NCBI GenBank assembly: GCA_963754315.1 | Contig: CAVWFS010000018.1 | Coordinates: 856,188 to 920,187 of the forward strand | Length of the DNA stretch: 64,000 nucleotides | Source of the DNA: an uncultured Candidatus Rokubacteria bacterium | Lineage (GTDB): Bacteria; Methylomirabilota; Methylomirabilia; Rokubacteriales; CSP1-6 | Direction: 5' to 3' | Shown here: positions 1 through 8,939 of the stretch, in pieces | Position numbering within the stretch: the first letter of the stretch is position 1 | How the letters are laid out: every line of letters starts with the position of its first letter | Program-made: the position numbers and the translations under genes | Notes under the pieces: generated by a model | Databases searched by the model: none | The model's input: the letters and a program-made list of their open reading frames with translations, nothing else | Told to the model about the DNA's origin: nothing

Positions 1-2
1 TC

Positions 3-734
3 GGAGCCGAGACGGCCATCGGTCACCATGTCGTGCTCGAAGGACGGGTTGTGATCGGCCCGCGGGTCCGAATCGGACACGGGAGCGCGCTCGGCGGCAT
101 ACCCCAGGATCTCAAGTTCAAGCCGGGCACTCCGTCGGGCGTCCGTGTCGGAGCGGGCACCGCTCTTCGTGAGTACGTCACCATTCACCGGGCCACCACG
201 CCACACGGATGGACGGAAGTCGGCGAGGAGTGCCTGCTCATGACCATGTGTCACGTGGCCCACGACTGCCGTCTCGGAGCCGGGGTTATCCTCATCAACT
301 ACGCGGGGCTCACCGGGCACGTTGACGTCGGGGACCGGGCGACGGTCGGAGGTCTCACCGGCGTGGCGCCGTTCATCCGTATCGGCAGCTTCGCCTACGT
401 GGGAGGCTGCTCGAAGGTGACGGCGGACGTTCCTCCCTACGTTATCGTCAGCGGCATTCCCGCCACGGCGCGCGGGGTGAACGTGGTCGGGCTCCGCCGA
501 GGGGGTGTGGCTATGGCAGAGCGTCGCCTGGTGCAGGATGCGTACCGCGTCTTGTACCGGAGCGGGCTCGCTCCCGCGCGGGCCCTCGAGACGATCCGGG
601 CAACCCTGCCCGCCACACCGGCCGTGACCCACCTCGTCGAGTTTGTGGCCGCCGCCCGCCGGGGTGTCTGTGGGCCAGCCCGTCGGTTGTCGTCGATGGT
701 ACCCGACCAGGGCGAGAGCGAGCGGGTACCCTGA
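3..734 (+). CDS. lpxA: Acyl-ACP:UDP-GlcNAc O-acyltransferase (5'-partial, runs off window)
   Basis: Hexapeptide repeats; PQDLKF, REYVTIHRAT, HVAHDC (catalytic His) and DVPPY motifs; heads the lipid A cluster. Confidence 0.95.
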   Translation, partial: GAETAIGHHVVLEGRVVIGPRVRIGHGSALGGIPQDLKFKPGTPSGVRVGAGTALREYVTIHRATTPHGWTEVGEECLLMTMCHVAHDCRLGAGVILINYAGLTGHVDVGDRATVGGLTGVAPFIRIGSFAYVGGCSKVTADVPPYVIVSGIPATARGVNVVGLRRGGVAMAERRLVQDAYRVLYRSGLAPARALETIRATLPATPAVTHLVEFVAAARRGVCGPARRLSSMVPDQGESERVP

Positions 735-1762
735 TGGACAACTCCGAGCGCCGCGTACGGGCCGGTGTGGTGGGGGCTGGCCACATGGGGCAGTACCATA
801 TCCTGGTGTTCGCCGAGTTGTGGGAAGTCGACCTGGTCGGGGTCGTCGACGTCGACGAGGAACGAGCAACCAGCATCGCGCGCAAATACGAAACGCTGGC
901 CTTCCATGACCATCGCGATCTCATCGGCCGGGTAGACGTGGCGACGGTAGCCGTGCCGACCGACCAACACTTCGCGGTAACGCGGGATTTGCTGGAAGCC
1001 GGCGTCAGTGTGCTGGTGGAAAAGCCGATGACCCCGACCTTGGAGGAGGCGCGCGCGCTCTTCGAGATCGCTCGGCGCAACGGTGTTGCCCTCCACGTCG
1101 GCCACGTGGAGCGCTTCAACGGGGCCGTGCAGGAGCTGCGCAAGATCGTCGAGCAGCCCATCCTCATCGAGTCGCGTCGTCTCGGACCCTTTGTGCCGCG
1201 CGTCCAGAACGACACGGTGGTCATGGATCTGATGATCCACGACATCGATATCGTCCTCAACCTGGTCGAAGCTCGACCGCGTGTCCTGGCCGCTCTCGGC
1301 TCCTCCGTGCACTCCGGGTTCATCGACGTGGCCACCGTCCAGATCTCGTTCGACTCGGGGGCCATCGCCATCATTACCGCCAGCCGAGCTACCGAAGAGA
1401 AGATCCGCACCCTGGCCGTGACTCAACGCGAGGCCTACATCGTCCTCGACTACAGCGATCAGAGCATCGAGATTCGGCGCCGAGCGGCGCAGGAGTACAG
1501 CCTCAACCGTGAGGCCATCCGCTATCGGCAGGCCTCGTTCGTCGAGCACGTCTTTGTCCACAAGGACAATCCGCTCAAGCACGAGGTTCTCCACCTGGTG
1601 CGGGCGTTTCGACGGATCCGGACTGGCGAGGCGCCCGTGTTGGCGGAGGGTGAGGATCTGCGCTCGCTGGCCGTCGCGCTTACCATCGAGCGCATGATAC
1701 GGGAGGGACGCACGGAGACGGCCTTCCCCGCCGACCTCCCGTGGAGCGGACGCTCGCATTGA
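734..1762 (+). CDS. Gfo/Idh/MocA NAD-dependent oxidoreductase, GnnA-like (UDP-GlcNAc 3-dehydrogenase candidate)
   Basis: GVVGAGHMG Rossmann motif, VLVEKP, VGHVERFN, DLMIHDID; lies between lpxA and lpxI/lpxB. Confidence 0.88.
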   Translation: MDNSERRVRAGVVGAGHMGQYHILVFAELWEVDLVGVVDVDEERATSIARKYETLAFHDHRDLIGRVDVATVAVPTDQHFAVTRDLLEAGVSVLVEKPMTPTLEEARALFEIARRNGVALHVGHVERFNGAVQELRKIVEQPILIESRRLGPFVPRVQNDTVVMDLMIHDIDIVLNLVEARPRVLAALGSSVHSGFIDVATVQISFDSGAIAIITASRATEEKIRTLAVTQREAYIVLDYSDQSIEIRRRAAQEYSLNREAIRYRQASFVEHVFVHKDNPLKHEVLHLVRAFRRIRTGEAPVLAEGEDLRSLAVALTIERMIREGRTETAFPADLPWSGRSH

Positions 1763-2559
1763 TGTGCGGCGCCGGTCCGTTGCCGGCGCGGATGGCACGA
1801 GAGGCCCGACGCCAGGGATGGCGGGTGGTCGCCTTCGCGTTCGCCGAGGCGGAAGGGCTGTCCGAGCACGTCGAGCGCGTGATACCGAGCCGGGTTACCG
1901 AACTCGGCCCTGTCCTGGAGGTGCTGCAAGGAGAACGAGTCTCCGCCGCGCTGTTCGCGGGGAAGTTCTGGATGCAGACGCTCGTGACCGGTGACCGCGC
2001 CACCGCTGACGCGGTGACCGCATCATTCGAGCGGCAGGCACAGTCACGGACCGACACGGATCTGTCGCGCGTCGTGGTCATGACCCTGGCTCAGCTTGGA
2101 ATCAGCGTGCTAGATCAACGGGATTTTCTGGGCGACTGGCTGGCGCCGGCCGGGTGTCTGACCGAGCATAGCCCGTCCGAGGAGCAATGGCGTGACGTGC
2201 GGACGGGGCTCCTCGTTGCGCGTCGCGTGGCCGAATCGGGGGTCGGCCAGACTGTAGTCGTTCGGCATGGAGTCGTCACGGCTGTGGAAGCGGTGGAGGG
2301 GACGAACGAGACAATCCGGCGCGGCACTCGGCTGGCGGGTCCAGAGGCGGTCGTCGTCAAGACCGTCGCGGGCCATCACGACTATCGTTTCGATCTGCCG
2401 GTAATCGGTCGCGAGACGGTGGAGGTGGCGGTAGCTGGAGGCGCGAGTGTGCTGGCCTTCGAGGCGGGCCGGGTCCTCCTCCTAGAGCCGCAGCCGACAC
2501 TCGAGCGAGCGGAATCGGCCGGGATGGCCGTGGTGAGCGTGGATGGTGATGGCGCGTGA
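1741..2559 (+). CDS. lpxI: UDP-2,3-diacylglucosamine pyrophosphatase LpxI
   Basis: LMCGAGPLP N-terminus, VGQTVVV, AVEAVEGT, DYRFDLPVIG motifs; context lpxA..lpxB. Confidence 0.88.
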   Translation: MERTLALMCGAGPLPARMAREARRQGWRVVAFAFAEAEGLSEHVERVIPSRVTELGPVLEVLQGERVSAALFAGKFWMQTLVTGDRATADAVTASFERQAQSRTDTDLSRVVVMTLAQLGISVLDQRDFLGDWLAPAGCLTEHSPSEEQWRDVRTGLLVARRVAESGVGQTVVVRHGVVTAVEAVEGTNETIRRGTRLAGPEAVVVKTVAGHHDYRFDLPVIGRETVEVAVAGGASVLAFEAGRVLLLEPQPTLERAESAGMAVVSVDGDGA

Positions 2560-3751
2560 GGTGCTCGCGCGGGCCGACCTGATCGCTGCTCAGTCGGCGC
2601 CGTCGCCAGGGGCTGGGACCATCATGATCGTGGCAGGAGAGCCGTCAGGGGATCTGCACGGAGCGGCCCTCGCCCGCGCCCTGCGCGCCCAGGCGCCCGA
2701 TATTCTCCTGATCGGGATGGGGGGACCGGCCATGGCCGGGGCCGGTGTGGAACGCGTGGTCGACGTGACGGCCGAGGCCACCGTCGGCTTCAGCGAAGTC
2801 GTCGGACGCGTTGGACTCCTCTGGCGTGCGTTCCGACGATTGCGCACCCGCATGGGAGGATTGGCGCCGCCCCGCGCACTTGTGCTGATCGACTTTCCCG
2901 AGTTCAACCTGCGCCTTGCCAGGGTGGCGCGGCGGGCCGGCATCCCTGTCGTCTACTTCATTCCGCCTCAGATCTGGGCCTGGCGCCCCGGGCGTATGAA
3001 GACGATCCGCCGCCTGATCTCGCTGGTGCTGGTAGTGTTGCCGTTCGAGCGCGACCTCTACCGGGCCGCTGGCGTCGGGGTCGAGTTCGTGGGGCATCCG
3101 CTCCGGGATCACATGGCTGACGCGCCTTCGCGCGCCGCTGCGCGCCGTCAGTTCGGCCTCGAGGACGATGACGAGATGCTCGCCCTTCTGCCCGGAAGCC
3201 GGCGCGTGGAGATCGCGGCGGTGCTCCCGGCCATGCGCGATGCGGCCGTCCTCATTTCATCTCGGCGTCCGGCCACGCGCTTTGCTCTCGCGCTGGCTCC
3301 GACCGTCGAGCGCAGTGTGGTGGAGGCTGTGCTGGGGCCGGGGTCGCCCATCCAGGTCGTCGAGGACGGCACGTACGCGGTCATCCGGGCCGCGGACTTG
3401 CTTTTGGTAACATCGGGAACGGCCACATTGGAGGCTGCATTACTGGGCACACCGATGGTCGTGTGCTATCGACTGAGCGCGTTCAGTGAAGCTATCGCGC
3501 GGGTTCTTGTGCGCGTCCCCTGGATGAGCTTACCCAACTTGCTGGCGGGGAGGGTGGTGGTTCCCGAGTTCTACCGTCGGGCGACCACTCCGGCCCAGCT
3601 CGCCGACACGACCCTGAAGCTCCTCGACGACGCAGCGGCGCTGTCCGCGCAGCGTCAGGCGTTCACCGAGATCGCTGACCAGCTTGGTGAGGGCAACGTG
3701 GCCGCGCGCGCGGCAAGCCTAGTGCTGGCCATGGCGACGAGGATGCAGTGA
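2549..3751 (+). CDS. lpxB: Lipid-A-disaccharide synthase (start 2543 or 2549)
   Basis: IVAGEPSGDLHG, IDFPEFN, PQIWAWR, LLPGSR, SGTATLE motifs. Confidence 0.95.
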   Translation: MAREVLARADLIAAQSAPSPGAGTIMIVAGEPSGDLHGAALARALRAQAPDILLIGMGGPAMAGAGVERVVDVTAEATVGFSEVVGRVGLLWRAFRRLRTRMGGLAPPRALVLIDFPEFNLRLARVARRAGIPVVYFIPPQIWAWRPGRMKTIRRLISLVLVVLPFERDLYRAAGVGVEFVGHPLRDHMADAPSRAAARRQFGLEDDDEMLALLPGSRRVEIAAVLPAMRDAAVLISSRRPATRFALALAPTVERSVVEAVLGPGSPIQVVEDGTYAVIRAADLLLVTSGTATLEAALLGTPMVVCYRLSAFSEAIARVLVRVPWMSLPNLLAGRVVVPEFYRRATTPAQLADTTLKLLDDAAALSAQRQAFTEIADQLGEGNVAARAASLVLAMATRMQ

Positions 3752-4413
3752 AAGGTGGTCCACTCTTCCAGCGCCTGACGCCGCCGCTGGCGGCGACGCT
3801 CGTGCGCGGCCTTGGTATGACCTTGCGCCTCACGGTCGAGGGTGTGGCGGAACTAGCGCCGCTCTGGCACAGCGGCCGCCCCGTCATCTACGCGCTCTGG
3901 CACGGTCAGCTTCTCATGGTTCCGTGGCTGAACGCTCGCCTGCGCCGGGTAGCCGGTGCGCGGCCGGCGCGCGTGCTCGCGAGCCGCTCGCGGGACGGCG
4001 AGATGGTGACGCGCTATGTCCAGCAGTTCGGGATCGAGGTCATTCGGGGCTCCACCTCGCGTGGAGGGGCGGGCGCCGTGCGCGCCCTCCTCGCGGCCCT
4101 CGAGGCCGGCGAGGATATCGCGGTCGTTCCTGATGGTCCTCGGGGACCACACCGGCACGCCCAGCCTGGCGTGGTGGCCCTGGCCGCTCTGAGTGGAGCC
4201 CCGATCGTGCCCCTGGGCTTCGCGGCACGCCCGGCTTGGCGCCTCTCCACGTGGGACGACTTCATCGTCCCCGTGCCCTTCGCGCGCGCGGCGGCCACGA
4301 TCGGCGCGCCCCTCGTGGTGGGCCGCGACACCGATCGCGGGCGCGCGCTGAAGGATCTCGAGCAAGCCCTGGGCGAGATGGTCGCCACCGCGGAACACCG
4401 GGTGGGGACGTGA
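3748..4413 (+). CDS. DUF374 lysophospholipid acyltransferase family protein (LpxJ-like secondary acyltransferase candidate)
   Basis: WHGQL, SRSRDGE, IRGSTSRGG, PDGPRGP, WDDF..P.PF motifs typical of DUF374. Confidence 0.85.
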   Translation: MKGGPLFQRLTPPLAATLVRGLGMTLRLTVEGVAELAPLWHSGRPVIYALWHGQLLMVPWLNARLRRVAGARPARVLASRSRDGEMVTRYVQQFGIEVIRGSTSRGGAGAVRALLAALEAGEDIAVVPDGPRGPHRHAQPGVVALAALSGAPIVPLGFAARPAWRLSTWDDFIVPVPFARAAATIGAPLVVGRDTDRGRALKDLEQALGEMVATAEHRVGT

Positions 4414-5720
4414 TCCACGGCCTGTACACGGCAGCGCTGACCGGTGTCATCACAGCGTATGCCCCGTTTGCCATTGGCCGTCGACTGACGAAGGGTGTCC
4501 CTCTGAATCTACGAGCACGCCTCGGATACGATGCCCGGCCTCCCCGTGGGCGCCCGGCGGGATGGATCCATGCCGTTTCTGTGGGCGAAGCGATCACCGC
4601 GGCGCCGCTCGTGATGGGCTTGCGCGAGCGCTATCCCGAACTGCCGCTGGTTGTCACCACGGTGACGGAGACCGGTGCCCGGGTGGTGCACGAGCGCCTC
4701 GCCATCGCGGCCGAGCACCGCTACTTTCCACTTGACCTTCCGGGTGCGGTCGGCCGCGTGGTCGCTGCGATCGACCCCCTCTTTTTCGTCTGCATGGAGA
4801 CCGAGTTGTGGCCGAATGTGCTGAGGGACCTCCATCGTCGCGGGGTTCCGGTGATCATGGCGAACGGTCGACTCTCCGATCGGTCGTTCCGACGCTACGC
4901 ACTGGTGCGCACCATGATGGGCCCCATGCTGAGCTCGATACGGGTCTTTGCCATGCGGTCCGAGGAGGATGCCCGACGCATCATTGCCCTCGGTGCGAGT
5001 CCCGAGCGTGTGGTGATCACGGGCAACATGAAGAACGATGCGCTCCCAAGTTCCGCGGACCGGGTGGACAGCTGGCGACGGCAGCTTGGTCTGGTCGGGG
5101 CCCGGCGTGTGTGGGTGGCGGGAAGTACACATCGCGGGGAGGAAGAGGCGGTCCTGGAGGCCCATGCGGCAGCCAAGACCGATCACCACGACCTCGCCCT
5201 GATCATCGCTCCGCGACATCCAGAACGCGCCCAAGAGGTGCAGACCCTCGTGGAGGCGCGCGGATGGCGCGCCGTCAAGCGCAGCAAGCTGTCCGCGACG
5301 GAGCGTGCCGACGCGGTGGTCATTCTCGACACCGTCGGCGAACTGGCCGAGCTGTACGGAGTGGCCGACGCGGTCTTCGTCGGCGGCAGCCTCGTCACTG
5401 CGGGTGGCCACAACATGCTAGAGCCGGCCCGCCTGCACAAGCCGGTGCTGTTCGGTCCGCATACGACGAACTTTCGTGAACCCGCCGCCGCGCTCACAGC
5501 CACCGGTGGTGGTTTCGTCGTGATGAACGCCGAGGAGCTCGGTGAACGCCTGCGGTATCTGTTGGCCCATCCCGCGGAACGCCAGCGTGCGGGAGAAGCG
5601 GCTCATGCGACCGTCCTCTCCCGGCAGGGGGCTGTGCAACGCACCCTCGCCCTGCTCACCCAGCTCATCGATGCGCTTCCTCAGGCCTCATCGAGCCGAC
5701 GACCAGGAGCGAACGCGTGA
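4410..5720 (+). CDS. waaA: Kdo transferase
   Basis: WIHAVSVGE, ETELWPN, AGSTHRGEE, APRHPER, GGHNMLEP; GTG overlaps upstream stop. Confidence 0.95.
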   Translation: MIHGLYTAALTGVITAYAPFAIGRRLTKGVPLNLRARLGYDARPPRGRPAGWIHAVSVGEAITAAPLVMGLRERYPELPLVVTTVTETGARVVHERLAIAAEHRYFPLDLPGAVGRVVAAIDPLFFVCMETELWPNVLRDLHRRGVPVIMANGRLSDRSFRRYALVRTMMGPMLSSIRVFAMRSEEDARRIIALGASPERVVITGNMKNDALPSSADRVDSWRRQLGLVGARRVWVAGSTHRGEEEAVLEAHAAAKTDHHDLALIIAPRHPERAQEVQTLVEARGWRAVKRSKLSATERADAVVILDTVGELAELYGVADAVFVGGSLVTAGGHNMLEPARLHKPVLFGPHTTNFREPAAALTATGGGFVVMNAEELGERLRYLLAHPAERQRAGEAAHATVLSRQGAVQRTLALLTQLIDALPQASSSRRPGANA

Positions 5721-6811
5721 CGTCCCGAGTCTCCGCGCGCTGGGTGACGGCGTGGGAGGGAGGTCCCCGGCCCGCGCCCCGTCCCCTCCTGGCCATGCTA
5801 TCCGGGGCCTACCGCGGTATGGTGACGACCCACAGGTGGCTCTACCGGACCGGCGTGTTTCGCTCGAAGGCTGTCGGATGCCCGGTCGTTTCCCTCGGGA
5901 ATATCACGGTGGGTGGAACGGGCAAGACCCCGGCCGTGGAACTCGCCGTACAGACCCTGACGCAACTCGGCTACCGGCCGGCTGTGGTGAGCCGAGGATA
6001 CCGACGGCGTAGCCGTGGTGTGCAGATCGTGGCCGATGCCGCCTCGATCCGGCTCGAACCCGAAGACGCGGGCGACGAGCCGTTTCTGCTCGCCCGGCGG
6101 CTTCCGGGTATCCCCGTCGTGGTGGGCGACAATCGTGCGGAAGCAGTCCAGCTGGCGCGGGATCGCTTCGGGATCACGGCCGTGGTCCTCGACGATGGAT
6201 TCCAGCATCGCACCTTGGTGAAGGATCTCGAGATCGTCATGGCCCGCGCCCGAAAACCGTGGGGCAATGGCCGGCTGCTGCCGAGCGGTCCGCTGCGCGA
6301 GCCTCTCGGAGCGCTGGCTCGGGCTGACCTCGTGGTCGCGGCGGGCGCGCCGTCCCTCGAGGACGCGCCGGAGGTCGTCGAAGCCGTTCGCCGTTACAGG
6401 CCCGACTGCCCGGTTCTTGCTGCCCGTTACGTCCCCACCGAGTGCTGGGAGGCGCAGCGGGTGCGCCCGGTACCCCTTGGACAGCTGGCGGGCGCTCGGC
6501 TCGTCGCCTTCGCCGGTATCGCTTCTCCGCACGGGTTTCAAGCCACCCTCGACGAGATCGGGGTGCACGTGGAAACGGCGACCCGATTCCGAGATCATCA
6601 TTGGTACAGCGAGCGGGATCTCACCGCGCTGGAGGCTCAGGCGGCGGAACCCGGAATCGACGGATTGGTGACGACGGAGAAGGACTGGGTGAGGCTGCGC
6701 GCGCTGAGACCCTGCCGGCGTCCCCTCTACGTTGTGAGCGTGAGGCTTGATCTTCGCTCCGGTCAGGCTGAATGGCTGAGCGCCTTCGAGCGAGCGTGCC
6801 GCAAACGGTAG
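5717..6811 (+). CDS. lpxK: Tetraacyldisaccharide 4'-kinase
   Basis: GNITVGGTGKTP, SRGY, GDEP, LDDGFQH, LLPSGPLRE, FRDHH, TTEKD. Confidence 0.95.
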   Translation: MTSRVSARWVTAWEGGPRPAPRPLLAMLSGAYRGMVTTHRWLYRTGVFRSKAVGCPVVSLGNITVGGTGKTPAVELAVQTLTQLGYRPAVVSRGYRRRSRGVQIVADAASIRLEPEDAGDEPFLLARRLPGIPVVVGDNRAEAVQLARDRFGITAVVLDDGFQHRTLVKDLEIVMARARKPWGNGRLLPSGPLREPLGALARADLVVAAGAPSLEDAPEVVEAVRRYRPDCPVLAARYVPTECWEAQRVRPVPLGQLAGARLVAFAGIASPHGFQATLDEIGVHVETATRFRDHHWYSERDLTALEAQAAEPGIDGLVTTEKDWVRLRALRPCRRPLYVVSVRLDLRSGQAEWLSAFERACRKR

Positions 6812-7818
6812 TCGTCAGGTTGCCGAACTGGCTCGGTGATACCGTGATGGCGGTTCCCGCAATCCGCGCGCTGCAGGCCCGATGGACCGAGGCCCGGCTC
6901 GTCCTCGCGGGCCCGTGGGCCTTCCTCCTGGCGGGCCAGGAGCTGGCCGACGTTCTCGTCGACTATCCTCGATCTTGGGCGGGCCGGTTGCGGAGCGCGG
7001 ACACCGTGCGTTCTCTCCACGGGGACGTGGCCGTACTCCTGCCGAACTCGTTCGAAGCGGCCGTGGCCGGCCAATACTGGGGAGCGCGCCGGCTCGTCGG
7101 CTTCGCCGCGGGTGGGCGCTCGTGGCTCCTCACCGACGCGGTCCCCGTTCCTAGCTCGCGCCGACATCAAGTCGACGAGTACATCCTTCTCGTCGAGCAT
7201 CTTGGTGCGGTCGTGGAGGAACGGATGCCGCGCCTGGTGGCCCCTGACTGGCACTCCGTGGGGCGCCACCGCGTGCGCGCGCTCATCGAGGAGGCGGGCG
7301 GGGCACGACATTCTTGCAACCGTCCGTGGATCGGTCTTCATCTCGGAGCTGCCTTTGGATCGTCCAAGGTGTGGCCGCACGAACGGGTGGTGGAATTCTG
7401 TCGGGTCGTCGAGGCAAGAGGGATGACAACCGTCCTTCTCGGGTCGCCGGCCGAGCGGATGGCCGCGGAAGCGGTGGTCGGCCGCGCGCCTGCGCTGAGC
7501 CTCGTGGGTCGCGACCAGCCCGACCTGCTGACGGCGGTACTCGCGGAGATGGACGTTCTCGTCGGCGGTGACACCGGCGTGGGGCACCTGGCGGCGGCGC
7601 TCGGTACGCCGGTGGTGACCTTGTTCGGCCCCACTGATCCAGCCCTCACCGCGCCACGAGGCCCCGGGTGTGTTGTGCGCCATCCGGTGCCCTGTGCGCC
7701 ATGCTTTTACCGGGTATGTCCAATCGATCACCCCTGCCTGAGGAGCATCGACCCGACGATGGTGGTAGACCAGGTCCTCAGCGTGCTGAGACCGGAAGCT
7801 CGAGGGCGAGGGCGATGA
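6796..7818 (+). CDS. waaF: LPS heptosyltransferase II (GT9)
   Basis: RLPNWLGD, PNSF, GAAFGSSKVWP, DTGVGHLAAA, LFGPTDP, C-terminal CAPC..CPIDHPC. Confidence 0.88.
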   Translation: MPQTVVVRLPNWLGDTVMAVPAIRALQARWTEARLVLAGPWAFLLAGQELADVLVDYPRSWAGRLRSADTVRSLHGDVAVLLPNSFEAAVAGQYWGARRLVGFAAGGRSWLLTDAVPVPSSRRHQVDEYILLVEHLGAVVEERMPRLVAPDWHSVGRHRVRALIEEAGGARHSCNRPWIGLHLGAAFGSSKVWPHERVVEFCRVVEARGMTTVLLGSPAERMAAEAVVGRAPALSLVGRDQPDLLTAVLAEMDVLVGGDTGVGHLAAALGTPVVTLFGPTDPALTAPRGPGCVVRHPVPCAPCFYRVCPIDHPCLRSIDPTMVVDQVLSVLRPEARGRGR

Positions 7819-8939
7819 CGAGCCAGCGCTCACTCGGCATTCTCCACTTGGCTGCCAATCGCTGGTGGACGGGCAGTGCCGATCCCGTCATCCGCCTGGT
7901 GGTTGCCTTGCGGGAGCGTGGCCACCGAGTCATGCTCGGAGTGATTCCGGGCGATCGCTTCGAGCTCAAGGCGCGCGAGGCGGGTCTCGAACCGATCGCC
8001 GATCTTCATCTGCAGACTCGTGGTGGACCGCTTGCTCTGCTGCGTGACCTGCGCCGGCTGCGCGCGATCGTGGAGGCCGAGAGCATCGACGTCATCCACA
8101 CCCACCACTCACACGATCACTGGCTGGCGGTACTCGCACGCGCGCGCCGTCGTAGCGGCGTGCGCGTCCCCGTTGTTCGCTCCTTCCACAATCTCCGGGC
8201 CGTGAAGCGGGATGGACTGGCGGGGTGGCTCTACCGACGGACGAGAGCCGTCGTGGTTGTCTCGCGCCAGATCGAGGCGCGATGTCGCGAAGTCGGGTTC
8301 AGGGCGGATCGGGTGTTCTGGACGCCGGGGATGGCGGACCTCCCGCGGTTCTCTCCCGATGACACCGGTCGGGCCATCCGCGAGGAATTCAAGCTCGGCG
8401 ACGCTCCAGTGGTGGTCGCCGTGTCCAGGCTGGCCCCCAATCGGGGCCACGAGTTGCTCCTCGCTGGCTTCCAGCGTCTTCTGGTGGATGTGCCCGAGGC
8501 GCGCCTCCTGCTAGTCGGCAAAGGCGAGACGCGGGCGCGGCTGGAGTCACTCGTCCGGGAGCTAGGGCTCGGGGAGCGGGCCGTGTTCACAGGTTATCGC
8601 GACCGCGATCTCCCCGCCGTTCTGGGAGCGGCGGACTGCTTCGCCCTCATGGCGGCGGGGTCGGATGATTCGTGTCGGGCAGCCCTGGAGGCGATGGCAG
8701 CCGGACGCCCCGTTGTCGCGCGAAGGGTCGGAGCCTTGCCGGAGACGGTGGTCCATGGCGAAACCGGGCTGCTCGTCGGCGAGGACACCGCCGATGTCGC
8801 GGTAGCCCTCGAGCGGGTCTTGGCCGACCGTGCTCGCGCGCGGATCATGGGACTCGCCGGTCGGCGGCGGGCCGAGCAGGAGTTCGGTCCCGAGCGCGCG
8901 GTGGCTATCGTGGAAGAGGTCTACCGCACGCTGGCGTGA
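7815..8939 (+). CDS. Glycosyltransferase family 4 (LPS core)
   Basis: GT-B features: LEAMAAGRPVVA, VGALPETVVHGETG; ATGA-coupled to waaF. Confidence 0.88.
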   Translation: MTSQRSLGILHLAANRWWTGSADPVIRLVVALRERGHRVMLGVIPGDRFELKAREAGLEPIADLHLQTRGGPLALLRDLRRLRAIVEAESIDVIHTHHSHDHWLAVLARARRRSGVRVPVVRSFHNLRAVKRDGLAGWLYRRTRAVVVVSRQIEARCREVGFRADRVFWTPGMADLPRFSPDDTGRAIREEFKLGDAPVVVAVSRLAPNRGHELLLAGFQRLLVDVPEARLLLVGKGETRARLESLVRELGLGERAVFTGYRDRDLPAVLGAADCFALMAAGSDDSCRAALEAMAAGRPVVARRVGALPETVVHGETGLLVGEDTADVAVALERVLADRARARIMGLAGRRRAEQEFGPERAVAIVEEVYRTLA

